From Bacillota bacterium (GTDB lineage Bacteria; Bacillota; Clostridia; Saccharofermentanales; DTU023): DNA of 64,000 bases. The notes under the pieces were generated by a model. The model saw nothing but the letters and a program-made list of their open reading frames with translations. It was not told the origin of the DNA and made no database searches. The position numbers were made by a program, and so were the translations under genes. Of this stretch, positions 32,598 to 42,955 are shown in pieces; within the stretch, counting starts at the first letter, position 1; each line of letters opens with the position of its first letter. The DNA lies in the NCBI GenBank assembly GCA_029570375.1, contig JAKPXB010000040.1:27464-91463 (forward strand), in the 5' to 3' direction.

Positions 32598-33419
32598 CTA
32601 TCCGGCACACTTAATCATCCCGTTTACATCAGGCAGTACAGTCACCGCGCCTGTTTTTACACTTTTCTCCAGTTGGATAGGAACACGGTAGACGTGCGAT
32701 AACAGCGCCTCGGATAAGACATCCTCGGGCGGTCCGAACGCCCGGGCTGACCCGCCATCGATGAGCAGTACATCATCGGCGAATAAAAATACATGTTGTG
32801 GATTATGCGTGGAAAAAAGTACGAGATACCCCGCATCCGCGAGTGAGCGAATCTGTTCGAGAACCCGGATCTGGTTTCCATAGTCAAGGCTGGCCGTCGG
32901 TTCATCCATGATGAGGATAGGGGCATCCTGAGCGACAGCACGCGCGATCAGGACAAGCTGCTGTTCTCCCCCGGAGAGCTGGTCGAAGAGGCGGTTTCCA
33001 AACTGCTCGATGCGGAGCAGCTTCATCGCTTCCGATGCCTTGATTTTTTCACGCTTCCCCGGCTGCGCAAACATACCAAATGAAGCGGTTGTTCCCATCA
33101 GCACCATTTCCGCCACGGTGAACTGAAAGGCGCCCGACTGATTCTGGGGAATATACGCCATCTGCATGGCGCGCGCACGGTTTGACAGATCGCCGATATG
33201 GCACCCGTTAATCTTGATAACCCCGCGCGCAAGCGGGAGCACACCGAGAATCAGTTTGAAAAGCGTAGACTTACCGGCGCCGTTCGCGCCGAGCACACCG
33301 ACGACGCGTCCGCAGGGAACCTCAAAAGTGAGGTTCTTCAGCACGTCATTTTCCCTGTAACGGAAATACACTTCCTGTACCTGGAGGCCGTCGGTTACCG
33401 GTTGCTTTACTTTAATCAT
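32598..33419 (-). CDS. ABC transporter ATP-binding protein (FecE/BtuD type)
   Basis: 273 aa. It has Walker A GANGAGKST, signature LSGGEQQ and Walker B ILIMDEP. The start overlaps the permease stop. Confidence 0.9.
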   Translation of the reverse strand: MIKVKQPVTDGLQVQEVYFRYRENDVLKNLTFEVPCGRVVGVLGANGAGKSTLFKLILGVLPLARGVIKINGCHIGDLSNRARAMQMAYIPQNQSGAFQFTVAEMVLMGTTASFGMFAQPGKREKIKASEAMKLLRIEQFGNRLFDQLSGGEQQLVLIARAVAQDAPILIMDEPTASLDYGNQIRVLEQIRSLADAGYLVLFSTHNPQHVFLFADDVLLIDGGSARAFGPPEDVLSEALLSHVYRVPIQLEKSVKTGAVTVLPDVNGMIKCAG

Positions 33420-35140
33420 CCCGCCATCCCCTTTCTTCCTTCGCGGAGAATGAGGAAAACAAAGAACGGAGCGCCAATAAAAGCGGTCAGAATGCCGAGA
33501 GGAATGCCGCTAGTTGTCGCCCTCCGCGCTATATTATCGACAAACAGGAGGAACCCCGCCCCCACAAGCGCCGACGCGGGCAGGGATACGCGGTTGTCGC
33601 TGCCGACGATCATTCTCGCAATATGCGGAACAACAAGGCCGATCCATCCGATCACGCCGCTGACTGAAACGCTGGTTGCGGTGATTAGCGTAGCCGATAC
33701 TACCATGAGCATTCTGATCAGGCGCGTGTGAACACCCATTGTCGCCGCGGCTTCTTCGCCGAGCGCCAGCAGGTTGAGCTGCCACCGCAGCAGGAGAATG
33801 ACGAAAATACCGAGCAGAATCGGAGGCGCCGCGAATCCGAGCGTTTGCAGGCGCGCGGAATTCAACGATCCCATGAGCCAGTATGTAATCGCCGGAAGCT
33901 GGTTCGAGGGATCCGCCGTGTATTTGATCAGGGACAGACCGGCTGAAAATAACGAACTGACAACTATTCCGGTTAAAACGAGTGACAGGAGTTTGTTTCT
34001 CTTGACAAAAGAGGCGATAAAAAGCACAAGCGCAATGGAGATCAGCCCGAACAGGAACGATACGAGCGTAATTCCCGTCGAAGCGAAACCCGCCAGTATC
34101 GCAAGCGCCGCCCCAAAACTGGCTCCGGACGATGCCCCCAGCACATCGGGAGAAACCATCGGATTCTGAAATACACCCTGAAAGGTATGACCGGCCACAG
34201 AGAGGCCGGAACCTACCAGGACAGCGAGAGCAATGCGCGGCGGCCTCACATTGATGAGAACGGTCGAGATGGCTTCCTCAAAAACTTCACCTGTCCGGAA
34301 GAGCTGACTCCAAAAAAACCGGATAATGGTGACAGGACTTACGAAATACCACCCGATGGCAAATGAAATGATGATCAGAGCGATAAGGAGAGCGCCCATA
34401 ACGCCGAATCGAAGCGGGAGGTGTTTTTTCTGCCCACTGTTAAGGAGCGGTTCAGGAATCTCTTCCAGCTGACGCGAGATCGTTCCGTCGCTTTCAAGCA
34501 TCACTGTTGTGACCGCAGGATGCGTCATAATCGCGTGGCGCCGCTCCCGGAGAACAGCCTTTTTGTCTTCCGTTATATCCATTCGAGTTAAGGTCTGCTC
34601 GAGGGCTGTTTCATGTTTCCATACCATGATGAGAGGTTTTGACACATCATTCAGAAGCTCCATCACACGATTAAACACGCGGTCATCGAGGAGTTCCACC
34701 CCCCCGAGTTCGTCCATCACAATCACATCACCATGGCGCTCAAGGAGAGGGAACGCCCGTTCGGTGAAAAGCTCGACATCAAACCGGCTGTCGCCTCCTT
34801 CGGAAACGAGGAAGCATTTCTCATCGGGGAATGCCTTTCCGTTAGAATGGCGGATGGTCAACAGCCCCGTGTCCCGCTGCTTCCCGGCGGGAACATGCAG
34901 AAACCCTGTCTTCTGCTCCCGCCTGTTGACATGGCGTATGGTCATGTAACCGGAGGCTTTCAGGGAAGCGTCCTCCAGATACCGCTGCACGAAGGTCGAC
35001 TTACCGCTTCCGATCACTCCCGTGACGAGAAGGTGCCCTTTGGGCGTGCCGTTCTCCGCAAATAAGGACGATTGAGCCAACATAATAAGACCGCGCTCGT
35101 TGGCCGGGTATAGAAAGGAATTTTCTTTCCGATCAGCCAT
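33416..35140 (-). CDS. Fusion protein: N-terminal THEP1-like NTPase domain (about 230 aa) plus a FecCD/BtuC-family ABC permease
   Basis: 574 aa. P-loop GVIGSGKST (34994-35020), the pattern ...SGYMTIRHVNRREQKTGF... and Walker B-like VIVMDELGGVEL fit the NTPase_1/THEP1 family. Residues from about 240 to 574 are a typical FecCD permease (...LGASSGASFGAALAI..., ...GIPLGILTAFIGAPFFVFLI...). Confidence 0.75.
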   Translation of the reverse strand: MADRKENSFLYPANERGLIMLAQSSLFAENGTPKGHLLVTGVIGSGKSTFVQRYLEDASLKASGYMTIRHVNRREQKTGFLHVPAGKQRDTGLLTIRHSNGKAFPDEKCFLVSEGGDSRFDVELFTERAFPLLERHGDVIVMDELGGVELLDDRVFNRVMELLNDVSKPLIMVWKHETALEQTLTRMDITEDKKAVLRERRHAIMTHPAVTTVMLESDGTISRQLEEIPEPLLNSGQKKHLPLRFGVMGALLIALIIISFAIGWYFVSPVTIIRFFWSQLFRTGEVFEEAISTVLINVRPPRIALAVLVGSGLSVAGHTFQGVFQNPMVSPDVLGASSGASFGAALAILAGFASTGITLVSFLFGLISIALVLFIASFVKRNKLLSLVLTGIVVSSLFSAGLSLIKYTADPSNQLPAITYWLMGSLNSARLQTLGFAAPPILLGIFVILLLRWQLNLLALGEEAAATMGVHTRLIRMLMVVSATLITATSVSVSGVIGWIGLVVPHIARMIVGSDNRVSLPASALVGAGFLLFVDNIARRATTSGIPLGILTAFIGAPFFVFLILREGRKGMAG

Positions 35141-35183
35141 GAAAATTTCCGCTTTCCCTGTTCTTCAAGCCACAGGACAGCGT

Positions 35184-36290
35184 TCAACCATGCAATATCC
35201 CCGGGCGCTTCGGCTCCAGTTTCCCTGAACGGACTGCGATCATCTGCGCGGCGATGCTGATGGATATCTCTTCCGGTGTCTCACCGCCGATATCAAGTCC
35301 GATAGGTGAAATAGCGCGCTCCAGTGATGCCGCCGAATGTCCGCGTTCCATCAGTATGCCGTCCACTGTCTTTATCTTATGTCTGCTGCCGATGACACCG
35401 ATATAGCGGGCGTCCGTTTTCAGTACCTGGTCTTCCACATCGAGATCGTTCTTGTGCCCCCGCGTCATAATGCAGACAAAATCATCGGGACCGATGGCCA
35501 CGGACCGGTCGATATGATCGAGATCACACATCCTCACATCATAAGCTCCGGGGAACAGCTCCGGGGCGACAAATTCCTCCCGGTCGTCGAGCACAACAAC
35601 CGCGAAATGCGCGTGCGCCAGAACGGGGACAAGGGCCTGCGCGACATGGCCGCCTCCGAAAATATAAACCACTCCCGGTACTACGAGTTCTTCGACATAG
35701 AAAGTATGGCCGCATTTACTCACGGAATGGCCGCGCTGACAGAGAGCGCGCTTATCGTCGAGGAGGGCGCGCGTACAGGGATGTTCAGCGGGGAAGCCTC
35801 TGAACGACCAGCCTTCTGAGGTGAAATCGGGATCGGCGGGGTTCGTCCCTGCCGGAGCGGTAAAAAGAGCAAGTCCCAGCTGATCCCGCTCGCTGACATC
35901 GGTGACGAGCCAGCTCGGCTGTCTCTCCCGGATGGCGTCGCGCGCCTCCTTTACAATGGACAGGAGTTCCCCGTTATTTCCATTGAGGTAGAGGTAGTGA
36001 ACCGTCGCGCTTCCGCCGCAGATCATGCCGATATCCTCAATTTGATTTTTGTTCAGGATAAACTGATGGATATCCGAGCGCTTCTGCTCAAGGGCAGCTC
36101 TGGCAATATCGATCGACCGGTACTCCACCGCGCCTCCGCCAATCGTACCCGCCAGCCGTCCCGTCCGGTCAACCAGCATCCGCGCGCCTTCACCTCTGGG
36201 TGTCGCGCCTGAGCTCGCCGTGACAGTCGCAAGAACGGTATCTTCGCCTCTTTCAAGTGATTCCTGAAGACTCTTAAAAATAAGATCCAT
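35184..36290 (-). CDS. xdhC: XdhC/CoxI-family molybdenum-cofactor insertion/maturation accessory protein
   Basis: 368 aa. The N-terminal ...GEDTVLATVTASSGATPRGEGARMLV... is XdhC_CoxI-like, and the C-terminal Rossmann-like FGGGHVAQALVPVLAHAHFAVVVLDDREEF is XdhC_C-like. Confidence 0.8.
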   Translation of the reverse strand: MDLIFKSLQESLERGEDTVLATVTASSGATPRGEGARMLVDRTGRLAGTIGGGAVEYRSIDIARAALEQKRSDIHQFILNKNQIEDIGMICGGSATVHYLYLNGNNGELLSIVKEARDAIRERQPSWLVTDVSERDQLGLALFTAPAGTNPADPDFTSEGWSFRGFPAEHPCTRALLDDKRALCQRGHSVSKCGHTFYVEELVVPGVVYIFGGGHVAQALVPVLAHAHFAVVVLDDREEFVAPELFPGAYDVRMCDLDHIDRSVAIGPDDFVCIMTRGHKNDLDVEDQVLKTDARYIGVIGSRHKIKTVDGILMERGHSAASLERAISPIGLDIGGETPEEISISIAAQMIAVRSGKLEPKRPGILHG

Positions 36291-36391
36291 ACACTCTCCT
36301 CTTTGGCCGGATATCAGACAGGTCTGCCTGAACGGCAGGCTATGGAATTTCTTCTCAGCTGCACACAGACAGCCTGAATACTCTATGAACC

Positions 36392-36421
36392 ATATTACAC
36401 CCGATTGGTATATTAATACAA
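36392..36421 (-). promoter_or_regulatory. Candidate promoter of the xdhC operon
   Basis: On the minus strand, TTGTAT, an 18-nt spacer ending in TG, then TAATAT, about 100 nt upstream of ATG 36290. Confidence 0.45.
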
Positions 36422-36519
36422 CTCACTTCAGACAGTATGAGGCTTGTGATTTTCCCCGGCGGTAACGGAAGGAGACTTGCGATAACCGTGTTAAATGGAA
36501 GGTGCTCTTCACTCCGCCC

Positions 36520-37503
36520 TTACGCCGGCGTCCGCATGTCGAGGCCTTCCCGGTGGAGCATGGCGGCTCCGATCACTCCCGCGTCGTTGCCAAGACGGCA
36601 GCATTCGATCGGGGGAGGGGGGAGTACGTCCCCGCTGACCGTCGTCCTTGCCACTTTCGCGCGGAGCGGTTTGAGCAGCACATCGCCGGCATGGCTGATC
36701 CCGCCGCCGAGCAGAATGATATGGGGCCTGTAGAGAACGACAAAATTCCGGATGCCGATCGCGAGGTAATGAACAAAGCGGTCGAGCACTTCGTTGGCCA
36801 CCACATCCCCGCGCGCGGCCGCTTCAAAGAGGAGACGCGCGTTGAATGACGGTTCGGCAAAATCAACACGATCGCGCAGCACAGACGCTCTTCCGCCCGA
36901 AAGCGCTTCGCGTGTCATGCGTTTCAATCCGCGGATCGTGGTGTAGACTTCCAGGCAGCCCCGCTGTCCGCAGCTGCACTCAACCGTTCCTTCTGTCTCG
37001 ACAGCCATATGGCCCGGTTCGATTCCAAAACCTGTCGCGCCCCGGAATATCCTGTTCTCCAGGATGAATCCCCCTCCGACACCTGTTCCGAGCGTAAGCA
37101 TCAGGGCGCTTTTGTAATTCCTGGCAGCGCCGGCGAGGTATTCGCCGAAGACCGCACAATCCGCGTCATTCGCGATACAGACAGTCACTTCCGGGAAACG
37201 CGCGCGGATCAGCCCGGGAAAATCGACATTTTTCAGGAACAGGTTTGTGGCGTGGAGCAGTTCTCCCGTCTCCGGGTGTACGACTCCCGGCACGCCGATA
37301 CCGATAGCCTGCAGCTGTTTCACAGGCAGATGATGGCGTGCAAGAAGCTTTTCAATGCATGAAGCAATTGAATCCGTGAGCGATTCAGCCGACCGGGGCG
37401 CTCTTGTTTTCGCGCTTTCGCGGTCAACCACAGCGCAGGATTCGTCGACCAACCCGACGACAATATTGGTGCCCCCGAGATCAATACCGATGGAATATGC
37501 CAT
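36520..37503 (-). CDS. ROK-family sugar kinase (glucokinase-like)
   Basis: Start set to ATG 37503 (MAYSIGIDLGGTN...). It has the ROK Cys motif ...CSCGQRGCLE. Confidence 0.85.
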   Translation of the reverse strand: MAYSIGIDLGGTNIVVGLVDESCAVVDRESAKTRAPRSAESLTDSIASCIEKLLARHHLPVKQLQAIGIGVPGVVHPETGELLHATNLFLKNVDFPGLIRARFPEVTVCIANDADCAVFGEYLAGAARNYKSALMLTLGTGVGGGFILENRIFRGATGFGIEPGHMAVETEGTVECSCGQRGCLEVYTTIRGLKRMTREALSGGRASVLRDRVDFAEPSFNARLLFEAAARGDVVANEVLDRFVHYLAIGIRNFVVLYRPHIILLGGGISHAGDVLLKPLRAKVARTTVSGDVLPPPPIECCRLGNDAGVIGAAMLHREGLDMRTPA

Positions 37504-37672
37504 AAAAATACCGCCTTTTTGTTTGATGGCACTGATGGGAATAGAATCCAGTATCCGATGCAATTATAGTATTCTCAGTGCCGCGCACACGTCAACCGCG
37601 TAGACATGACCGGCCTCATCTGAGGTGGTGAAAACGACATACCCCCAACAGACGTCTGCCCGTTTCGCTGCC

Positions 37673-37702
37673 TTGACATTCATCTCCGCGAATCCGTACA
37701 AT
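37673..37702 (+). promoter_or_regulatory. Candidate promoter for the esterase / M20 genes
   Basis: TTGACA (37673-37678), an 18-nt spacer, then TACAAT (37697-37702), about 90 nt upstream of ATG 37793. Confidence 0.5.
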
Positions 37703-37792
37703 CAAAAGCACCAGCCTGCCGTTGTTTCCTTTGATTGAGCTGACTGATCAGAGTCATTCAATCCCATCCACTTCACCGGAGGGGGTCATACA

Positions 37793-38623
37793 ATGATACA
37801 TTGCCAATGCCATTTCTTCTCGAAACATCTTGGGTATCCGACCGATGTGACCGTTCTTCTCCCGCACCCTGAATGGAAGAGGGCTTCCGGAATGGATATC
37901 TCCTCACTCTACCCCGAAGACCGCCGCCATCCGGTTCTTTATCTGCTCCACGGTTCTGCGGAATGCGGCGAGGCATGGCTCTGGCATACCCATATCGAAC
38001 AATACGCGCAGAGAGCCGGAATCGCTGTTGTGATGCCTTCCGGGAAGAACAGCTTCTTCTGTGACGCGGTTTCCGGTGAGAAATATCACTCGTTTGTCGC
38101 GGAGGAGCTGATCGCTTTCTCCCGGTCAGTATTCCCACTGTCGACTAAGAGGGACGACACATTTATCGCAGGCGCTTCCATGGGCGGGTACGGAGCGGCG
38201 CGGCTTGCGCTCGACGGGGGCGGCCTGTTTTCCGCTCTCGGTATCTTTTCAGGAGCCCTGTCCCCCTTTCTCATTCAGGAGAGGCTCCGGGCCATCGGCA
38301 TAGATGAGATACGCTTTGATCTCCTGTTTGGCAGCAAAGAGCGCTACCGGGGGAGCTGTCATGATTTGTTCTGCCTGGCAGAACATTGCCCGCCGGACTT
38401 TCACAAACCGCGGGTGCGCCTGTACTGCGGGGAAGACGATACGATCAATGGCGACATCAACCGCGAATTCGCGGATTTGCTCGCCTTGCATGGCTTCGAT
38501 GTGCATTTTGACTCGCAGCCGGGCGGACATGACTGGGATTACTGGGATCGGTGTCTTGAGGATTTCGTCACCCGGCTGGCGCCGCATCGGGCGGAACCGG
38601 CTGACCAGCCGGAGAAAGGCTGA
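37793..38623 (+). CDS. Alpha/beta-hydrolase esterase (esterase D / tributyrin-esterase-like family)
   Basis: 276 aa with the nucleophile elbow GASMGGYGA and the C-terminal ...GGHDWDYW pattern typical of the putative-esterase family. Confidence 0.75.
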   Translation: MIHCQCHFFSKHLGYPTDVTVLLPHPEWKRASGMDISSLYPEDRRHPVLYLLHGSAECGEAWLWHTHIEQYAQRAGIAVVMPSGKNSFFCDAVSGEKYHSFVAEELIAFSRSVFPLSTKRDDTFIAGASMGGYGAARLALDGGGLFSALGIFSGALSPFLIQERLRAIGIDEIRFDLLFGSKERYRGSCHDLFCLAEHCPPDFHKPRVRLYCGEDDTINGDINREFADLLALHGFDVHFDSQPGGHDWDYWDRCLEDFVTRLAPHRAEPADQPEKG

Positions 38624-38628
38624 AGCAA

Positions 38629-39813
38629 ATGGATCAAAGCGTACGGAAACTTATTCGCTCGATTGAAGCCGATGTCATTGCGTGGAGACGCTGGTTGCAC
38701 CAACACCCTGAGATTTCTTTCGAAGAATTTGAGACAACCGCTTTCATTCTGGAGCGATTGAAAGCATTCGGCGGTTTTGAGATAAGCAGACCGGCTAAGA
38801 CAGGCGTCGTCGCGGCGCTTGACACGAAAAAGCCGGGCAGGACCATCGCTCTGCGGGCTGATATCGACGCGCTTCCGATCCGCGAAGACAACGCGCTCCC
38901 CTATAAATCGATGAGAGACGGCGTGATGCACGCCTGCGGGCATGATGGCCATACCGCAATTCTCCTGGGCACCGCCTGTACGCTGTCAAAGATTTCGGAA
39001 GACCTCGCAGGCAGGATTCTCCTGATTTTTCAACACGCGGAAGAACAGCCCCCGGGCGGCGCGATCGAATTGTACAAGGCCGGTGTGATGGAAGGCGTTG
39101 ATGAAATCTACGGTCTCCACCTGAGCTCCGCCTATCCTTCGGGAGTGTTCGGCATCAGGCCGGGCGTCCTGACAGCCGCCACAGACGAATTCAGGGTTGA
39201 AATTACCGGGAAAGGCGGGCATTCATCGATGCCGGAGAAGTGTATCGACCCGGTTGTGATCGGCGCCTCTCTTATTTCTTCAATACAGAGTATCGTGTCG
39301 AGGTCAATCAGCGCGTCGGAACGCGCGGTCATATCCGTCTGCACGCTGAGAGCCGGCTCCGCGTACAACATCATCCCCGACACCCTGCATCTCAGCGGGT
39401 CTGTCCGGACATTTTCTCCGAACGTCAGAGAAACCATTCGGAAGCGCCTGTCCGATCTCGCAAGCCATACGGCGGAAGCCTACGGCGGCAGGGCATCCCT
39501 CGAATACTTTTACGGTTATGACAGCGTCGTCAATGACCCCGCGCTCGCCGAAGCCGCGGAGGCGGCGGTCATCGATTTGTTCGGCAGAGACGCGGTCATG
39601 CCCATCGATATGATTTATCCCGGAGAGGATTTCTCCTATCTGCAGAAAGACTGCAAGGGGATATTCGTCGAGGCAGGAACGGCCGATCCTCTCATCGGGA
39701 CAGACCGGCCGCACCACAATCCGCTCTACAGGATGGATGAATCTGTGCTGATCGCCTGTGTCGAATATCTCGTCGGGATGGTTTTATCGCGTATGCACGG
39801 CTGCGGCACCTAG
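38629..39813 (+). CDS. M20-family amidohydrolase (N-acyl-L-amino-acid amidohydrolase / hippurate-hydrolase type)
   Basis: 394 aa. WRRWLHQHPEISFEE..., ...MHACGHDGHTA... and the overall layout are characteristic of the M20D family. Confidence 0.85.
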   Translation: MDQSVRKLIRSIEADVIAWRRWLHQHPEISFEEFETTAFILERLKAFGGFEISRPAKTGVVAALDTKKPGRTIALRADIDALPIREDNALPYKSMRDGVMHACGHDGHTAILLGTACTLSKISEDLAGRILLIFQHAEEQPPGGAIELYKAGVMEGVDEIYGLHLSSAYPSGVFGIRPGVLTAATDEFRVEITGKGGHSSMPEKCIDPVVIGASLISSIQSIVSRSISASERAVISVCTLRAGSAYNIIPDTLHLSGSVRTFSPNVRETIRKRLSDLASHTAEAYGGRASLEYFYGYDSVVNDPALAEAAEAAVIDLFGRDAVMPIDMIYPGEDFSYLQKDCKGIFVEAGTADPLIGTDRPHHNPLYRMDESVLIACVEYLVGMVLSRMHGCGT

Positions 39814-39824
39814 CCGGCTGCACC

Positions 39825-39853
39825 TTGGACAAGCCTATCCTCTCGGGTAAAAT
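39825..39853 (+). promoter_or_regulatory. Candidate promoter of hutU-ftcD-hutI
   Basis: TTGGAC (39825-39830), a 17-nt spacer, then TAAAAT (39848-39853), about 80 nt upstream of the hutU ATG. Confidence 0.5.
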
Positions 39854-39931
39854 AGAATCAACAGGAGACAATGTTAATAACAGACGTTAAGTAGGAACGC
39901 GACGAAATGCTTATGAGGGAGAAGACTGATA

Positions 39932-41956
39932 ATGAATAACGCTGCTATTGAAAAATGCATGACAGTCAGATTGGATGGACCGCTGCCCCCCGCACCGGTT
40001 TTCGCTCAAGGGATCCGGCGCGCGCCGCGCCGTGAGGCGCACCTGTCAGAGAGCGAACGGGCCACCGCACTGAAAAACGCTCTGCGCTATATTCCCGAAC
40101 AATATCACGAGACGCTCGCTCCTGAGTTTCTGAAAGAGCTGGACGAGCACGGCAAGATATACGGCTACCGGTTCCGGCCGGAGGGACGCATCTACGGGCG
40201 CCCGATCGACGAATACAGAGGCAACTGCATCGAAGGCAGAGCCTTTCAGGTCATGATCGACAACAACCTCGATTTTGAGGTCGCACTCTACCCGTACGAG
40301 CTGGTCACCTACGGCGAGACGGGCGCTGTCTGCCAGAACTGGATGCAGTACCGGCTGATCAAGAAATACCTGGAGCTCCTGACAAGTGAACAGACGCTGG
40401 TCCTGTTTTCCGGGCACCCGGTCGGCCTCTTTCACAGCCCGCCCTCCGCGCCCCGCGTCATGCTGACGAACGGCCTTCTGGTCGGCCAGTACGACAATCT
40501 TGCGGATTACAACCGCGCGGCGGCGATGGGCGTCTCGAACTACGGACAGATGACGGCAGGCGGATGGATGTACATCGGGCCGCAGGGCATCGTCCACGGA
40601 ACGTACAATACGCTCCTCAACGCCGGGCGCCAGCACCTCGGCGTCCCCTACGACAGCAACCTCGCCGGCCACCTCTTTGTCAGCTCCGGCCTCGGCGGCA
40701 TGTCGGGCGCGCAGGGAAAAGCTTGTGTCATCGCCGGTGGGGCCGCCATCATCGCGGAAGTCGACAGGTCGCGCATTGAGACGCGCTTCAGCCAGGGCTG
40801 GGTCGATGAAGTCGTGCATACCTGTGAGGCCGCTTTCGAACGCGCGCACGACGCGATGGACAGGAAGATACCGCGGGCGGTGGCTTTCCACGGCAACATC
40901 GTCGACCTCCTGGAGTACGCGATTGCGAACGACATCTCCATTGGGCTTCTATCCGACCAGACCTCCTGCCATGAACCCTACACGGGCGGCTATTGCCCGC
41001 AGGGGCTGACCTTCGAAGAGCGGACGGCTATGCTGGATCGTGACCCCGAACAGTTCCGCGCGCTTGTAAACAAATCATTGGCCGCGCATTTTCGGGCGAT
41101 CAAAGCGCTAACCGCCAAAGGCACGTTTTTCTTCGATTACGGCAACTCCTTTATGAAGGCTATTTTCGACGCGGGGGTCAGAGAAATCTCGAAGAACGGC
41201 GAGAATGACCGCGATGGGTTCATCTGGCCGTCCTATGTCGAAGATATCATGGGCCCGCTTCTGTTCGATTACGGCTATGGGCCTTTCCGCTGGGTCTGCC
41301 TCTCGGGGAAAGACGAAGACCTGCGCGCGACAGATGAGGCCGCGATGTCCTGTATCGACCCGGAGCGCCGCTATCAGGACCGCGATAACTACAACTGGAT
41401 CAGGGACGCCGAGAAGAACAAGCTCGTTGTCGGGACGAAAGCGCGCATTCTCTACAGCGACGCGTTCGGGCGCCTGTCGATCGCGCTGAAGATGAACGCT
41501 CTCGTCCGCGAAGGGGTGATCGGTCCCGTTATGATCGGCCGCGACCACCACGACACGGGCGGCACCGATTCGCCGTTCCGTGAGACATCCAACATCCGTG
41601 ACGGCAGCAACGTGACAGCTGATATGGCGACATCTGTCTTCGCGGGCAACGCCGCGCGCGGCATGAGCCTCTGCGCTTTACACAACGGCGGCGGGACAGG
41701 CATCGGGAAAGCGATTAACGGCGGCTTTGGCTGCGTGCTCGACGGATCCGAGCGCATCGACAATGTTCTCCGGAACGCTGTCCTCTGGGATGTCATGGCC
41801 GGCGTAGCGCGCCGCTCCTGGGCGCGAAACGACCACGCCATTGAAACCGCGATGGAATACAATCTGGCCATGGCCGGTTCCGACGCACTGACGCTGCCAT
41901 ATATCGCGGATGACGCGCTGATCGACTGTGTACTGAAAGAAAGCCCACGCGGCTGA
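39932..41956 (+). CDS. hutU: Urocanate hydratase (long form)
   Basis: 674 aa. ...YPYELVTYGETG..., ...GQMTAGGWMYIGPQGIVHGT..., ...GLGGMSGAQ... and ...IGRDHHD... are conserved urocanase segments. Confidence 0.92.
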   Translation: MNNAAIEKCMTVRLDGPLPPAPVFAQGIRRAPRREAHLSESERATALKNALRYIPEQYHETLAPEFLKELDEHGKIYGYRFRPEGRIYGRPIDEYRGNCIEGRAFQVMIDNNLDFEVALYPYELVTYGETGAVCQNWMQYRLIKKYLELLTSEQTLVLFSGHPVGLFHSPPSAPRVMLTNGLLVGQYDNLADYNRAAAMGVSNYGQMTAGGWMYIGPQGIVHGTYNTLLNAGRQHLGVPYDSNLAGHLFVSSGLGGMSGAQGKACVIAGGAAIIAEVDRSRIETRFSQGWVDEVVHTCEAAFERAHDAMDRKIPRAVAFHGNIVDLLEYAIANDISIGLLSDQTSCHEPYTGGYCPQGLTFEERTAMLDRDPEQFRALVNKSLAAHFRAIKALTAKGTFFFDYGNSFMKAIFDAGVREISKNGENDRDGFIWPSYVEDIMGPLLFDYGYGPFRWVCLSGKDEDLRATDEAAMSCIDPERRYQDRDNYNWIRDAEKNKLVVGTKARILYSDAFGRLSIALKMNALVREGVIGPVMIGRDHHDTGGTDSPFRETSNIRDGSNVTADMATSVFAGNAARGMSLCALHNGGGTGIGKAINGGFGCVLDGSERIDNVLRNAVLWDVMAGVARRSWARNDHAIETAMEYNLAMAGSDALTLPYIADDALIDCVLKESPRG

Positions 41957-42049
41957 AAAGATTGAACCGCTCCGGACGCTTTCCGTCACGGACGGCGGCC
42001 GGCCCTACCAAAACATCCGAAACTATTGTGTGTTGAGAAAGGAAGACAC

Positions 42050-42955
42050 ATGTCCCCATTAAACCAGATCGTCGAATGCGTCCCGAATTTCAGTGAAGGC
42101 CGAGACAAAGAGAAGATAGAGAAAATCGTCGCCCCGCTCAAGGGACGCGAGGGCGTCCGCCTCGTCAATTACGAGGGCGACGCCGATTACAACCGCCTCG
42201 TCGTGACCGTTCTCGGCGCACCGCAGGCGGTAAAAGAAGCGGTGCTTGACGCCATCGGCGCCGCCACCGAACTGATCGACCTCAATCACCACACCGGCGA
42301 GCATCTGCGCATGGGCGCGACCGATGTCGTCCCGTTCATTCCTATCCGGAACATGACGACCGAGGACGCGGTCGCGCTCTCGAAAGAGACGGCGGAAGAA
42401 ATCAACAAACGCTTCGGCATCCCCGTTTTCCTCTATGAAGATTCCGCGACGAGCCCCGAGCGCGTGAACCTCGCCCGCATCCGCAAAGGCCAGTTCGAGG
42501 GCATGCCGGAGAAACTCCTGCTCCCCGAATGGGGGCCGGACTACGGCGAGCGCCGGATTCACCCGACGGCCGGCGTCACGGCTGTCGGCGCGCGCTTCCC
42601 TCTTGTCGCGTACAACATCGACCTCGGTACGGACAACATCGATATCGCGAACAAAATCGCGCGCGCCATCCGCCAGTCGAGCGGCGGCTTTCAGTACATC
42701 AAGGCCGGCGGCGTCGAACTGAAAGAGAAAGGCATCGTCCAGGTAACGATGAACATCACCGACTACCGCAAAAATCCGATCTACCGCGTCTTTGAGACCG
42801 TCAGGATGGAAGCGGCGCGCTACGGCGTCGCGGTACTCGGCAGCGAAATTATCGGGCTTTCGCCCCTCGCCGCGCTGACGCAGTCGCTCGAGTATTACAT
42901 CGGGCTTCACGGTTTCGACGAGGAAAAAATCATTGAGCACTGGCTTCTGGGATAA
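42050..42955 (+). CDS. ftcD: Glutamate formimidoyltransferase
   Basis: Start set to ATG 42050 (gaaaggaag RBS). The N-terminal IVECVPNFSEGRD motif and a length of about 300 aa fit the FTCD N- plus subdomain. Confidence 0.88.
   Translation: MSPLNQIVECVPNFSEGRDKEKIEKIVAPLKGREGVRLVNYEGDADYNRLVVTVLGAPQAVKEAVLDAIGAATELIDLNHHTGEHLRMGATDVVPFIPIRNMTTEDAVALSKETAEEINKRFGIPVFLYEDSATSPERVNLARIRKGQFEGMPEKLLLPEWGPDYGERRIHPTAGVTAVGARFPLVAYNIDLGTDNIDIANKIARAIRQSSGGFQYIKAGGVELKEKGIVQVTMNITDYRKNPIYRVFETVRMEAARYGVAVLGSEIIGLSPLAALTQSLEYYIGLHGFDEEKIIEHWLLG

Noticed and set aside
36291-36391. Possible cobalamin or Moco riboswitch in the leader of the xdhC / BtuC-type operon
   Set aside because: The leader is only about 100 nt, has no B12-box-like GCCACTG element, and shows only small hairpins. 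A covariance-model scan would be needed to exclude this formally.
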